Origin: an uncultured Planctomycetia bacterium | GTDB taxonomy: Bacteria; Omnitrophota; Gorgyraeia; Tantalellales; Tantalellaceae | DNA: 38,270 bases | Direction: 5' to 3' | Assembly (NCBI GenBank): GCA_964457005.1 | Contig: CAYWDJ010000002.1 | Span: 1 to 38,270, forward strand | Shown: piece after piece, positions 9,291-18,583 of the stretch | Numbering within the stretch: position 1 is the first letter of the stretch | How the letters are laid out: each line of letters opens with the position of its first letter | Position numbers and translations under genes: made by a program | The notes under the pieces: model-generated | The model's database searches: none | What the model saw: the letters and a program-made list of their open reading frames with translations, nothing else | What the model was told of the DNA's origin: nothing

Positions 9291-10370
9291 TTATTCCAAG
9301 CTGTTTGCTAACCTGAGCTTTCTATCTTCTTCGCTAAGACCCGCTATAACATCATCAAGAGCTCCCTCAAGGATGTTAGCTAAGTTGTATAATGTCAAAT
9401 TTATCCTGTGATCCGTAACCCTGTTCTCAGAAAAATTATATGTCCGGATCTTCTCGGACCTGTCACCGCTGCCTACCTGGACCTTACGGGCCTCAGAACG
9501 TTCCTTTGCGGCCTCTTTCTGTTTTTTTTCAAGTACTCTGGCTTTAAGAACACGCATACCCTTGGCCTTGTTCTTGTGCTGGCTTCTTTCATCCTGACAG
9601 CTCACTACTACACCTGTCGGAAGATGAGTTATCCTCACAGCCGAATCAGTGGTATTTACATGCTGCCCGCCGGCGCCCGAGGCTCTATAAACATCTATTT
9701 TAAGCTCCTGCGCTTTAATGTCCACTTCCACGTCTTCGGCTTCAGGCATAACAGCCACAGTCGCTGCTGAAGTATGGATCCGGCCCGATGCCTCTGTCTC
9801 CGGCACCCTCTGAACCCTGTGCGTGCCGCTCTCAAACCTCAGGTACTTGTAAACATTGTGCCCTTCAACGGAGAAAACAACTTCTTTTATCCCACCCATT
9901 TCCGACGCACTCATATTCATTACCGTGAGCTTCCACTCACGGTTAGCGGCATACCTCTGGTACATATTATACAGATCACCCGCGAACAAACTTGCTTCCT
10001 GCCCTCCGGTACCGGCACGAACCTCCATAATTACATTTCGCTTGAACTCGACAGAATCCTCATCAAGAAGCATTTCTTCAAGCTCTGTTTTCTTGGCCTC
10101 AATGGACAGCAATATTTCTTCAAGTTCTTTTTCGGCCATCCGGACATATTCGTTCTTTTCAGGCTCGTCCTGTATCAGCTTTTCGAGAGATTCCTTTTCT
10201 TCTGCCAGAGCGACATACTTGTCATACTCTGCCACAAGATCTTTAAGATCCGCGTACTCTTTAGCCACAGCCTGATATTTCTCTCTGTTCGACAAAAGAT
10301 CCGGAGACGCAAGGTCTTTCTCCAACTTTTTGAAATGCTCTTTCTTTTTTTCCAGTTTGTCAAACATCAT
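9291..10370 (-). CDS. prfA: Peptide chain release factor 1
   Basis: 359 aa. [19 protein letters not shown] (GGQ) and the [14 protein letters not shown] (PxT) region. Confidence 0.95.
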   Translation of the reverse strand: MMFDKLEKKKEHFKKLEKDLASPDLLSNREKYQAVAKEYADLKDLVAEYDKYVALAEEKESLEKLIQDEPEKNEYVRMAEKELEEILLSIEAKKTELEEMLLDEDSVEFKRNVIMEVRAGTGGQEASLFAGDLYNMYQRYAANREWKLTVMNMSASEMGGIKEVVFSVEGHNVYKYLRFESGTHRVQRVPETEASGRIHTSAATVAVMPEAEDVEVDIKAQELKIDVYRASGAGGQHVNTTDSAVRITHLPTGVVVSCQDERSQHKNKAKGMRVLKARVLEKKQKEAAKERSEARKVQVGSGDRSEKIRTYNFSENRVTDHRINLTLYNLANILEGALDDVIAGLSEEDRKLRLANSLE

Positions 10371-10395
10371 ATTATTATATTAATATTAAATAGTA

Positions 10396-10431
10396 AGGGG
10401 GACGTCTCATTTAATGAACGAAACGCCCCCT
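10396..10431 (-). terminator. Candidate intrinsic terminator after rpmE
   Basis: AGGGGGACG (10396-10404) pairs with CGCCCCCT (10424-10431) with one bulged A. It lies about 28 nt downstream of the rpmE stop and is followed on the minus strand by A/U-rich sequence rather than a clean U-tract. Confidence 0.4.
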
Positions 10432-10459
10432 CAAACCATAAAACTTTTAATCCCTGGTC

Positions 10460-10663
10460 TTATTTTTCCTGACCATAACGCTTCTTGAAACGGTCAACCC
10501 TTCCCTCAGAGTCTACAAGCTTCTGTTTCCCTGTGTAAAAAGGATGACAATTTGAGCATATTTCAACGTGTATGCTCTCCTTTGACGCCTTTGTATGAAG
10601 CGTGTTTCCACAAGCACAAACCATGGTGCAATCCGTATATTTTGGGTGAATACCTTTTCTCAC
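10460..10663 (-). CDS. rpmE: 50S ribosomal protein L31 (Zn-ribbon type)
   Basis: RKGIHPKY..., CxC...[13 protein letters not shown] start preceded by GGGGG plus 6 nt. Confidence 0.92.
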   Translation of the reverse strand: MRKGIHPKYTDCTMVCACGNTLHTKASKESIHVEICSNCHPFYTGKQKLVDSEGRVDRFKKRYGQEK

Positions 10664-10717
10664 TACTAACCCCCTTATAAGTATAGTATTTTCGCTAAGT
10701 TACGAATATGAGGTAAT

Positions 10718-10745
10718 ATTGTACTAAAAAATACATAAATATCAA
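10718..10745 (-). promoter_or_regulatory. Candidate sigma70-type promoter for rpmE
   Basis: On the minus strand: TTGATA (10740-10745), 16-nt spacer, TACAAT (10718-10723), immediately after the rho stop. Confidence 0.35.
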
Positions 10746-10752
10746 GTATTAT

Positions 10753-12117
10753 TTAGACTTTGCTCAGATCCTGGAGAAATTCCTTGTTACTTTTGGATTT
10801 TTTCATCCTCTCTATCAATAGATGCATAGCCTCTGCTGAATCAAGATCGCTTAATGCCTTACGCATAAGCCATATCTTTTGAAGCTCAGAATCTTCGATA
10901 AGAAGTTCTTCTTTTCTGGTATTAGACCTTCTAATATCTATGGCCGGATAGATCCTTCTCTGGAAAAGTGCTCTGTCAAGCTGTACTTCCATGTTGCCGG
11001 TACCTTTAAATTCCTCAAAAATAACCTCATCCATACGACTTCCCGTATCAACCAAAGCCGTGGCTATAATTGTAAGACTCCCGCCCTCTTCGATGTTCCT
11101 GGCCGCCCCGAAAAACCTCTTTGGTTTATGAAGAGCATTCGCATCGACACCACCTGACAGGATCTTACCCGAGTGAGGAACTACAGTATTATAGGCTCGT
11201 GCCAGACGTGTGATAGAGTCAAGGAGTATAACTACGTCATACTTGTGCTCTACAAGTCTTTTTGCTTTTTCAATGACCATCTCGGCAACCTGCGTGTGCC
11301 TCTGGGCCACTTCATCAAAAGTAGAGCTTACAACCTCTGCGTTGACGGATCTCTGCATATCCGTAACCTCTTCCGGTCTTTCATCTATCAGAAGTATGAT
11401 AACCTTGGTGTCAGGATAATTGGTCGTAATACTGTTAGCAAATTTCTGCAGAAAAACAGTCTTTCCACTATACGGAGGAGCTACTATCATACCCCTCTGC
11501 CCCTTACCAACCGGGGTCAAGAGATCCACTATCCTCATAGATATATCCGAAGGTTCTGTTTCAAGAACAAAGCGCTCGTTCGCATACAACGGTGTCAGGT
11601 TCTCAAAAAGTATCCTGTTCTTTGCAAGCTCCGGATTCTCAAAGTTTACGGCTTCAACCTTCAAAAGAGCGAAATATCTTTCACCTTCTTTTGGCGGCCT
11701 TATCTGCCCGCTCACAGTGTCACCGGTTTTAAGATTGAACCTTCTTATCTGTGAAGGAGAAACGTATATGTCATCAGGACAAGGGAGATAACTATAGTCA
11801 TGACTCCTGAGAAAACCAAAACCATCTTCAAGCACTTCCAATACCCCTTCACCATAGGCAAAACCGTCTTTCTCGACCTTTGCCTGTAGCACCCGGAAGA
11901 TCAGGTCATGCTTTTTCATGCCGCTAATGCCGTTTATATTCAGGCTTTTGGCAAGATCGCCCAGTTCTCCTATTTTCATGTTCTTGAGCTGCACTATGTC
12001 CATTTCTTTTCTTTGTCTGGCAGGTTTCACCTCATCCTGTGGAGGTTTTGCCGTACTTTTTGCAGGCTTTGCCACACTCTTTACAGGTTTTCCCGTGCTT
12101 TTTGCAGGTTTTGCCAT
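10753..12117 (-). CDS. rho: Transcription termination factor Rho with 38-aa K/P/A repeat N-terminal extension
   Basis: [15 protein letters not shown] Walker A. The canonical N-terminus [14 protein letters not shown] begins at residue 39. ATG at 12117 has a strong GAAGGAG SD, whereas the internal ATG at 12003 has none. Confidence 0.92.
   Translation of the reverse strand: MAKPAKSTGKPVKSVAKPAKSTAKPPQDEVKPARQRKEMDIVQLKNMKIGELGDLAKSLNINGISGMKKHDLIFRVLQAKVEKDGFAYGEGVLEVLEDGFGFLRSHDYSYLPCPDDIYVSPSQIRRFNLKTGDTVSGQIRPPKEGERYFALLKVEAVNFENPELAKNRILFENLTPLYANERFVLETEPSDISMRIVDLLTPVGKGQRGMIVAPPYSGKTVFLQKFANSITTNYPDTKVIILLIDERPEEVTDMQRSVNAEVVSSTFDEVAQRHTQVAEMVIEKAKRLVEHKYDVVILLDSITRLARAYNTVVPHSGKILSGGVDANALHKPKRFFGAARNIEEGGSLTIIATALVDTGSRMDEVIFEEFKGTGNMEVQLDRALFQRRIYPAIDIRRSNTRKEELLIEDSELQKIWLMRKALSDLDSAEAMHLLIERMKKSKSNKEFLQDLSKV
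12044..12117 (-). repeat. 3.5 tandem copies of a 21-nt unit encoding (A/G)KP(A/V)KS(T/V) at the rho 5' end
   Basis: Plus-strand units: ggttttgccgtactttttgca (12044-12064), ggctttgccacactctttaca (12065-12085), ggttttcccgtgctttttgca (12086-12106), ggttttgccat (12107-12117). Confidence 0.9.
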
Positions 12118-12683
12118 ATCTTTTCTACTCCTTCTTTAGTTACTTCCAAACTATTATCGTTATTTATTACATAATCGGCGAATTTTTCTTTTTCCGCAGC
12201 AGACATTTGATTTTTAAGTATATTCTCTGCCTCTTCTTCGGATATGCCCCGATCTATTGCCCTTCTCACACTCAAGTCATGCTCACAAGTCACGACTATA
12301 ACTACATCAACAAATTTATTGAGTCCTGTCTCTATCAAAAGCGGTGCGTCAACTACAACTATATCCGTCTCAAGTCTTTTCGCCCGGGCTTCTATCGTCG
12401 AAATAATAACCGGATGAAGAATCTCGCACAACTTTTTCAGGTTCTCTCTATTAAAAAACACCTTTTCGGCGAGCTTTCTTCGATCTATCTCGTCTACGGA
12501 AAGAATATCGTCTCCGAAAAGATCAACTACCGCTCTCTTGACATCATCATCCTTCTGCAATACTTCATGGGAGATCCTATCCGCGTCGATGCGTTCCGCC
12601 CCCTTGGCGCATAGCATTTCTGTTACTGTACTTTTTCCGGAAGCCAGGCTGCCCGTAATACCTATGAGGATTTTTTGTGTCAT
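12081..12683 (-). CDS. coaE: Dephospho-CoA kinase
   Basis: [14 protein letters not shown]-loop, 200 aa. ATGA overlap with the polA stop. Its 3' end overlaps the rho start by 37 nt. Confidence 0.88.
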   Translation of the reverse strand: MTQKILIGITGSLASGKSTVTEMLCAKGAERIDADRISHEVLQKDDDVKRAVVDLFGDDILSVDEIDRRKLAEKVFFNRENLKKLCEILHPVIISTIEARAKRLETDIVVVDAPLLIETGLNKFVDVVIVVTCEHDLSVRRAIDRGISEEEAENILKNQMSAAEKEKFADYVINNDNSLEVTKEGVEKIWQNLQKARENL

Positions 12684-15322
12684 ATCTTAACAAGCTCCAG
12701 ATCTTTCCAGTTGGGTCCATATTCCAAGTCGACCTCTAAGGGGACCTTCAGTTCTATAACACCTTCCATGAGCTCTTTTACCATCATGGCTGTCTCTTTA
12801 AGCATATCCTCGGGAACACTGAAAACCAGCTCGTCATGTACCTGTATCATCATTTTTACGGGAGAACCTTTCAGCTTTTCCTGAATAGGTATCATCGCGA
12901 GTTTGATGATATCGGCCGCCGACCCCTGCACCGGAGTGTTAACAGCCACCCTTTCGGCAAAAGACCTCACTCTTTCGACCTTACTGGTAATGTCAGGAAC
13001 ATAACGCCTTCTGTTTAAAAGCGTTGTAACGTACCCCTTTTCACGCACCTCGTTTACAGTATCATCAATAAACTTAGTCACTCCCTTATATCTCTTGAAA
13101 TATGCATCAATAAATTTCTGGGCCTCGGCCACTGTTATATCCAATTCTTTCGCAAGACGAAAAGCGCTGATGCCGTAGATAATACCAAAATTAACTGTCT
13201 TGGCCATATTTCTCATGGTCTTTGTTACAAGATCCGGATCGCAATCAAATATCAGGGAAGCCGTGAATTTATGTATGTCCTCTCCGTTCTTGAATGCCTT
13301 CAGCAGGTTCTTGTCCTCCGACATGTGAGCCAGGATCCTAAGTTCTATCTGAGAATAGTCCGCGGCAAGTATTACCATTTTTTTATCTACGGGAACAAAT
13401 GCTCTGCGAATCGCTTTCCCCCTCTCCGTCTTTATGGGGATATTCTGGAGATTCGGTCCACTCGACGAAAGTCTTCCTGTGGCCGTTACCGCCTGATTAA
13501 ATTTTGCATGCAGCAATTTACTTTTCTTGTCGACGAGGTTCAATATAGAGTCATAATACGCCGTCTTAAGCTTGTTCATTTCCCTATACTCAAGAAGCAG
13601 TTTAGGAAGCTCATGATACGCTGTAAGCCTGGACAAAACAGACTCATCGGTTGACGCCCCCGTCTTTGTCTTTTTCTGTACCGGCAGGCCCAGCTTCTCA
13701 AAAAGTATTGTTTGAAGCTGTTTAGGCGAATTTACATTAAAACTTTCGCCTGCCTCTTCGTATATTGTGTCGGTCAGGGCACTAAGCTCTTCCGCCATTT
13801 TTTCAGACATCTTCTGCATATATTCTACGTCTATGCCCACTCCTGTATTTTCCATATCAGCCAGGACTCTAACCAGCGGCATTTCAACCTCTTCAAATAG
13901 TTTCAGGAGTTCTTTTTTCTTAATATCAGGGTAAACCTTATCGAACAATTGCATGAGAACATTGCTTCTCTGACATTCATATTCGACGCTCACAGGTGCT
14001 TCAAGAGTAAGTTCAGCCTGGCCTTTATCATCCCACGCCATTTGTCCTTTATCCGAAGGAACACTCAGGCCCAACACGTGCATTGAAATGTCCGCAAAAT
14101 CATAACTTGTCCTTGATGGATCCAGCAAATACGCTCCGATCATAATATCAAAATATTTTTCAGCCACGTTAATTCCCTTAGAGCCGAGCGCTTTGATATC
14201 AGATTTGACGTCATACCCTATTTTGAGAATTGTACTGTCTTCAAAAAGATCTTTTATCTCCTTAAATATTTTTTTATCTCCCAGAGAAACATAAAAGGCT
14301 TTCTTTTCGTCATATGATATAGCTATGCCCTCTGCCTCTCCGCCGTCGCCCACCCTCGTAAAAAACGAAAACGCCTTATTCTTTTTAATGTTTTTCAGGA
14401 CCTTATCCAGATCTTTTTCCGTTTCCACCCTGGATGAATCCACTTCGACTTCAGCCGCGGGAGTTAAACCCTTTAAAAGCCTTGAAAATTCGAATTCCTT
14501 GAACAGCTCTATGAGTCTGTCATTGTCGGGTTCCGTAAGCACGGCCTCACTGAGATCAACTTTTACAGGCACTTTACGGTCAAGAATTACCAATTCTTTG
14601 CTGAGCAAAGCCATTTCTTTATCGGATTCAAGCTTTCCCTTTAGTGACTCTGAAGAAATACTATCGATATTTTTATAGATATTCTCTATGCTGCCATATT
14701 CGTTGACAAGTTTACTCGCCGTTACTTTGCCTATGCCTTTGACCCCGGGAACATTGTCACTTGAGTCTCCCATAAGTGCCATAAGTTCCACCATGCTGTC
14801 AGGCTTAACCCCAAACTTATCCACGACTTCTTTCTCCGAGTAGATCTTATCTCCAAACGAGGTTGAGCTCAGGACTCTTACATTATCGCTAACAAGCTGA
14901 AGAGCATCCTTATCGCCGGTGACAATAGTGACATTTATTCCCTTCTTCACCGCTTTTTCAGCGATCGTCGCGATAATATCATCGGCTTCATACCCTTCTA
15001 ATTCAAACATGGGTATGTTATACGCATCAACAACCTCTTTTATTCTTGGCATTTGTGTTATAAGGTCATCCGGCATGGGTTTCCTGTGTATCTTATACTC
15101 TTCATATCTCTTGTGGCGAACGGTAGGCGCCTTTGTATCAAAGGTAACAATCATACTATCGGGCTCATACTGCTTAATGATCTTCTTAAGTATGTTGATA
15201 AACCCGTATATGGCATTGGTAGGCATACCTTTTGAGTTACTGAGCTCCTGTATAGCATAGAACGCTCTGTAACATAAAGAGTTACCATCTATCAAATAAA
15301 TATTTTTTTCCTCTGTGCTCAT
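12680..15322 (-). CDS. polA: DNA polymerase I (5' nuclease, degenerate 3'-5' exo domain, polymerase)
   Basis: 880 aa. Has an N-terminal FEN-like domain, LAADYSQIELRILAH (motif A) and QVHDELVF (motif C). Confidence 0.95.
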   Translation of the reverse strand: MSTEEKNIYLIDGNSLCYRAFYAIQELSNSKGMPTNAIYGFINILKKIIKQYEPDSMIVTFDTKAPTVRHKRYEEYKIHRKPMPDDLITQMPRIKEVVDAYNIPMFELEGYEADDIIATIAEKAVKKGINVTIVTGDKDALQLVSDNVRVLSSTSFGDKIYSEKEVVDKFGVKPDSMVELMALMGDSSDNVPGVKGIGKVTASKLVNEYGSIENIYKNIDSISSESLKGKLESDKEMALLSKELVILDRKVPVKVDLSEAVLTEPDNDRLIELFKEFEFSRLLKGLTPAAEVEVDSSRVETEKDLDKVLKNIKKNKAFSFFTRVGDGGEAEGIAISYDEKKAFYVSLGDKKIFKEIKDLFEDSTILKIGYDVKSDIKALGSKGINVAEKYFDIMIGAYLLDPSRTSYDFADISMHVLGLSVPSDKGQMAWDDKGQAELTLEAPVSVEYECQRSNVLMQLFDKVYPDIKKKELLKLFEEVEMPLVRVLADMENTGVGIDVEYMQKMSEKMAEELSALTDTIYEEAGESFNVNSPKQLQTILFEKLGLPVQKKTKTGASTDESVLSRLTAYHELPKLLLEYREMNKLKTAYYDSILNLVDKKSKLLHAKFNQAVTATGRLSSSGPNLQNIPIKTERGKAIRRAFVPVDKKMVILAADYSQIELRILAHMSEDKNLLKAFKNGEDIHKFTASLIFDCDPDLVTKTMRNMAKTVNFGIIYGISAFRLAKELDITVAEAQKFIDAYFKRYKGVTKFIDDTVNEVREKGYVTTLLNRRRYVPDITSKVERVRSFAERVAVNTPVQGSAADIIKLAMIPIQEKLKGSPVKMMIQVHDELVFSVPEDMLKETAMMVKELMEGVIELKVPLEVDLEYGPNWKDLELVKI

Positions 15323-15408
15323 GATTAAAACTACATTGAATGGGATTTGTTTGTGTGTGATTAAATTTAGTAGTAAGGCCCCTGATGGAGAGTTTTGTAA
15401 CTGAATTT

Positions 15409-15436
15409 ATTCTACCTGTTTTCAGGCATATGTCAA
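15409..15436 (-). promoter_or_regulatory. Candidate sigma70-type promoter for polA
   Basis: On the minus strand: TTGACA (15431-15436), 16-nt spacer, TAGAAT (15409-15414). It shares the extended context ATGCTTGACA with the rplU promoter candidate. Confidence 0.4.
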
Positions 15437-15463
15437 GCATATTATTAATAATACATAAGGGAG

Positions 15464-16036
15464 CTAGTCTTTTTTGATCTGAACCAAAGCCTCTTTAAGC
15501 CGGGACACCTCTTCCAGAAGACCCTTTTTATTCCCAACGTCATCGGAAATAGCCCTCTCAAGAGCTTCAGCCTTACCCAGGACATCATCAACGGCTCTCT
15601 TCTTTGAATCGCGAGACCTTTTCAGGACGGATACCAATTTATTCACACCCTCTGCCACGTCTTTCAGCTCGTCCTTTTGCCTCAACTTAAGCGGCATATC
15701 ATAATTACCGCTTGCAACCAATTTGAGGTGTTTCTTGATGCGGTAGATAGGCCCGGCTATCCTGTTGGAAAGGATCAGGCCGACAAAGATAACAAAAGGA
15801 GTCAGGATAAGAAGACGTATGATCAAGGTAAGATTCACCTTCTTGACTATTTCAAATAGAAGACCTTGAGGATATACCGCGGCCAACTTTTCGCCAAGCA
15901 TAACCCAGGTGGTAACATATACCGTATACCCCGAGACCAGAGCTATAAACAGCATAAACCCCAAAATAAGGCTTATGTACCTTATCTGGAACCACCTCTG
16001 TATCATCAGTCTTCGCCTGCGCCACCTTGAACTCAT
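15464..16036 (-). CDS. Small membrane protein with two TM segments and a HAMP-like linker plus coiled coil; no output domain
   Basis: 190 aa. Arg-rich N-terminus and hydrophobic segments ISLILGFMLFIALVSGYTVYV and LLILTPFVIFVGLILS. These are followed by NRIAGPIYRIKKHLKLVASGNYDMPL...ELKDVAEGVNKLV, which has a HAMP-like pattern. Confidence 0.5.
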   Translation of the reverse strand: MSSRWRRRRLMIQRWFQIRYISLILGFMLFIALVSGYTVYVTTWVMLGEKLAAVYPQGLLFEIVKKVNLTLIIRLLILTPFVIFVGLILSNRIAGPIYRIKKHLKLVASGNYDMPLKLRQKDELKDVAEGVNKLVSVLKRSRDSKKRAVDDVLGKAEALERAISDDVGNKKGLLEEVSRLKEALVQIKKD

Positions 16037-16040
16037 GCTA

Positions 16041-17000
16041 TCATCCCTTTCTCCAAAAACTTAATTCCCGGCGTATAACTATTTCAAAATCCTTCCCCTG
16101 AAACGCCATTATCTCCCCTACGACCTTTGCCATAGGCATATATCTCGTACTTTTCCCGACTATCTGGCACAACAGGTCTCCCTTTTTTACCCCTGCCGTG
16201 GAAAACGGTCCGCCCTTAACCAGGCCGTATATCCTTATCCCCTCTTGCCTCAAGACCAGTTTGGCCCCTATAACGCTTCTGTATCCAAAAATGATCTTTT
16301 TGACAAAACTTCCGGAATGCCCAAGTTTCGGAATAAAATTTCGCTCGACTTCCAACTTTACCTGTTCAGAATTAAGCATTAGCTCTGCCACTTCTCTGGC
16401 ATCCATATAAACCGACATCTCGCCCCAAACCTTGACTATCCGGTCTCCGGGCTTTAGAGCCTTGAAATACCTGTTTTTATAGGTCTTGTTTATGCTCTCA
16501 ACATAAACATACTTATCCTCTTGTGTCAGGACTATTCCATATGTATCTTTGAGCCTGTCCAGCGAGGATGTCTGTGTAGCACTCTCCCCGTAAAGTATCT
16601 TTTTCGCGCTTCTCCCCCTGAACTTATCGTCGGTCTTTTCTTCGATAAAATTCCGGAGATAGTTGAGCCGTTGCCTCGCTTCATTTTGCTCCGGATTGAG
16701 TTCAACTATATTGGCATAAGCATAGTACGCCTTTATATACTGACCTTTCCTATAGAGATTATCTGCTTTACGCAAAAGAGAGCGTTCTTCGGAATCGTAT
16801 GCAGCTGATGCAATGTTCTCTTTCAGAATAACGAGCTCACCTTGGGGCGTAGACAGTACCACACGATCCCTGTACTCATCAAGGATGAGTCCCCTAAGCT
16901 TCTCGCCATTCTTCAAATTCACCGTATCAGCTGTCGAATCAATAGCAAACAACACAAAAAAGGAGAGTAAACATATAACGACACTTTTTCGTATATTCAC
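16041..17000 (-). CDS. Secreted TPR plus tandem PDZ-like domain protein
   Basis: Signal-like N-terminus MNIRKSVVICLLSFFVLFAIDS. TPR-like YRKGQYIKAYYAYANIVELNPEQNEA. Two PDZ-like segments (ALKPGDRIVKVWGE... and STAGVKKGDLLCQIVGK...). GTG start preceded by GGGGA. Confidence 0.5.
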   Translation of the reverse strand: MNIRKSVVICLLSFFVLFAIDSTADTVNLKNGEKLRGLILDEYRDRVVLSTPQGELVILKENIASAAYDSEERSLLRKADNLYRKGQYIKAYYAYANIVELNPEQNEARQRLNYLRNFIEEKTDDKFRGRSAKKILYGESATQTSSLDRLKDTYGIVLTQEDKYVYVESINKTYKNRYFKALKPGDRIVKVWGEMSVYMDAREVAELMLNSEQVKLEVERNFIPKLGHSGSFVKKIIFGYRSVIGAKLVLRQEGIRIYGLVKGGPFSTAGVKKGDLLCQIVGKSTRYMPMAKVVGEIMAFQGKDFEIVIRRELSFWRKG

Positions 17001-17010
17001 AAAATCCCCA

Positions 17011-17358
17011 TCAGCCTTTTAATATCAAGATCACCAAAAGGACGATGAGGATCCCGGACAAGATATAGAAATCATTGAAATAAATGAAATCCGAGATCCT
17101 GTCGCTCAAAGTGTTATCATCGAGCCTTCCCTGTTTTATCCGGTGATGAAAATTCGAAGACGACAGCCTGTCCCCGTCTTTGACCTTTGCCTCTATCTCT
17201 GCCCGTATCGCGTCGATCTGCTCTTTTCTGAACCTAAGAAGTTCTCCGCCAATATGATATCCGGATATAACTCCTTCGGCCACCAAAGATGCAACCTTTT
17301 CTTCGCTGACACCCAGATAATAGGACAGCTCCTGCATTGTTAAAAGTTTTTCCGGCAT
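17011..17358 (-). CDS. Tail-anchored protein with N-terminal excisionase/MerR-type HTH (HTH_17-like)
   Basis: LLTMQELSYYLGVSEEKVASLVAEGVISGYHIGGELLRFRKEQIDAI, plus a C-terminal TM segment FYILSGILIVLLVILIL. 115 aa. Confidence 0.5.
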   Translation of the reverse strand: MPEKLLTMQELSYYLGVSEEKVASLVAEGVISGYHIGGELLRFRKEQIDAIRAEIEAKVKDGDRLSSSNFHHRIKQGRLDDNTLSDRISDFIYFNDFYILSGILIVLLVILILKG

Positions 17359-17361
17359 TTA

Positions 17362-17901
17362 TTACTTTACCTTACCTTCCGCGATCCATTGATCTATCTG
17401 CGTTTTTTCGAAAACCATCTCGCCGCCTTCATTTGTTCCAAGCAAAGTTCCGCTCGAAACCCAGTCATTTATCTTATCTGAACCTACTTCGAGATATTTA
17501 GCCAACTGCCCCATTGTCATCCAGTCTCCCCTCGGAGCCGACTCTCCATCGCCTGACATACTCAAACGGCCGTTGAGGACTGCACCTTCCTGAATACTCA
17601 GTTTTGGAGCTTCTACATCGCCGAACAGCTTTGCTGTGACTTCAAGCTTCAGCACCTTTCTTGCCTTGATATTACCGGTAACCACTCCGGCTATCACTAT
17701 GGAGTCACCGTTGATGTTGGCCCTGATATCGGCCTTTGTCCCTATGATCAGGTTACCTTTTGTATCAAGGGTACCTTCGAACTTTCCGTTGATCCTCAAG
17801 TTTACCGGATCATCAAAACGCAGAGTTCCCTGCATACTGGCACTTACATCGAGAAATTTGTCCTCTTGTTTCGCGACCGGTTCCTCTTTCTTCTTTCTCA
17901 T
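17362..17901 (-). CDS. Bactofilin (DUF583) fused to a C-terminal HTH_17-like domain
   Basis: Beta-helical bactofilin repeat pattern: LRINGKFEGTLDTKGNLIIGTKADIRANINGDSIVIAGVVTGNIKARKVLKLEVTAKLFGDVEAPKLSIQEGAVLNGRLSM. The C-terminus is WMTMGQLAKYLEVGSDKINDWVSSGTLLGTNEGGEMVFEKTQIDQWI. GGAGG precedes the ATG. Confidence 0.7.
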   Translation of the reverse strand: MRKKKEEPVAKQEDKFLDVSASMQGTLRFDDPVNLRINGKFEGTLDTKGNLIIGTKADIRANINGDSIVIAGVVTGNIKARKVLKLEVTAKLFGDVEAPKLSIQEGAVLNGRLSMSGDGESAPRGDWMTMGQLAKYLEVGSDKINDWVSSGTLLGTNEGGEMVFEKTQIDQWIAEGKVK

Positions 17902-17926
17902 GTCGACCTCCTTGTTAATCTATATT

Positions 17927-18583
17927 TTATTTAACCCATCTTACTTCTTCGATCTCAGGCACTGACAACAGATCTCCAACAACATCCTTCTTGCAATGCC
18001 TGGACATAACAACTGAAAATATGAGTAGCGGCCCACCGCCGCCTTCGGAACCTTTTACTTTCTCTACTGTTCCTCCATACGTCTCTATAACGTTTTTAAC
18101 GAGCTTTTCATCCAGGTGACAGTCGTGGCATATTCTGATAAGAAGTTTTTTATATTTTCTTCTCCCCTCCATATGCTCTTCCAGAGTGTGAAGAAAAAGC
18201 ACTGCCACAACTACAACAGTTGTCGTCCCCGCGACAAGGAACATACCGGCTCCCGCCGACAATCCTATCGCAGCAACAGCCCATATACTGGCAGCTGTGG
18301 TTAATCCCTTGATAGAGTATCCGTATCTTATTATAGCGCCTGCCCCCAGAAAACCTACGCCGGTAACAACTCCGGCAGCTATGCGCGATGGGTCTACCTC
18401 TCCCAAATGGCCATAGCTTACTGACATTATCAAAGAGGTCAGCATAAAAACAGCCGAACCGATGGACACCAATATGTGCGTTCTCAGCCCCGCCGCGCAT
18501 CCATGTATCTCACGTTCAAAACCAACAAGCCCACCCAGAAACGTAGCTACAAGAATCCTGATGATAATTTCTGTTTCAGCCAT
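17927..18583 (-). CDS. MgtC/SapB family membrane protein
   Basis: REIHGCAAGLRTHILV and GLTTAASIWAVAAIGLSAGAG motifs, plus a soluble C-terminal domain. The ATG overlaps the tsaD stop (TAATG). Confidence 0.8.
   Translation of the reverse strand: MAETEIIIRILVATFLGGLVGFEREIHGCAAGLRTHILVSIGSAVFMLTSLIMSVSYGHLGEVDPSRIAAGVVTGVGFLGAGAIIRYGYSIKGLTTAASIWAVAAIGLSAGAGMFLVAGTTTVVVVAVLFLHTLEEHMEGRRKYKKLLIRICHDCHLDEKLVKNVIETYGGTVEKVKGSEGGGGPLLIFSVVMSRHCKKDVVGDLLSVPEIEEVRWVK

Noticed and set aside
18150-18500. Nested 116-aa minus-strand ORF inside the MgtC-family gene (and the 62-aa ORF 10175..10363 inside prfA).
   Set aside because: These are alternative frames of clearly conserved genes. They are Arg/Cys/Gly-rich with no motif and no independent translation signals.
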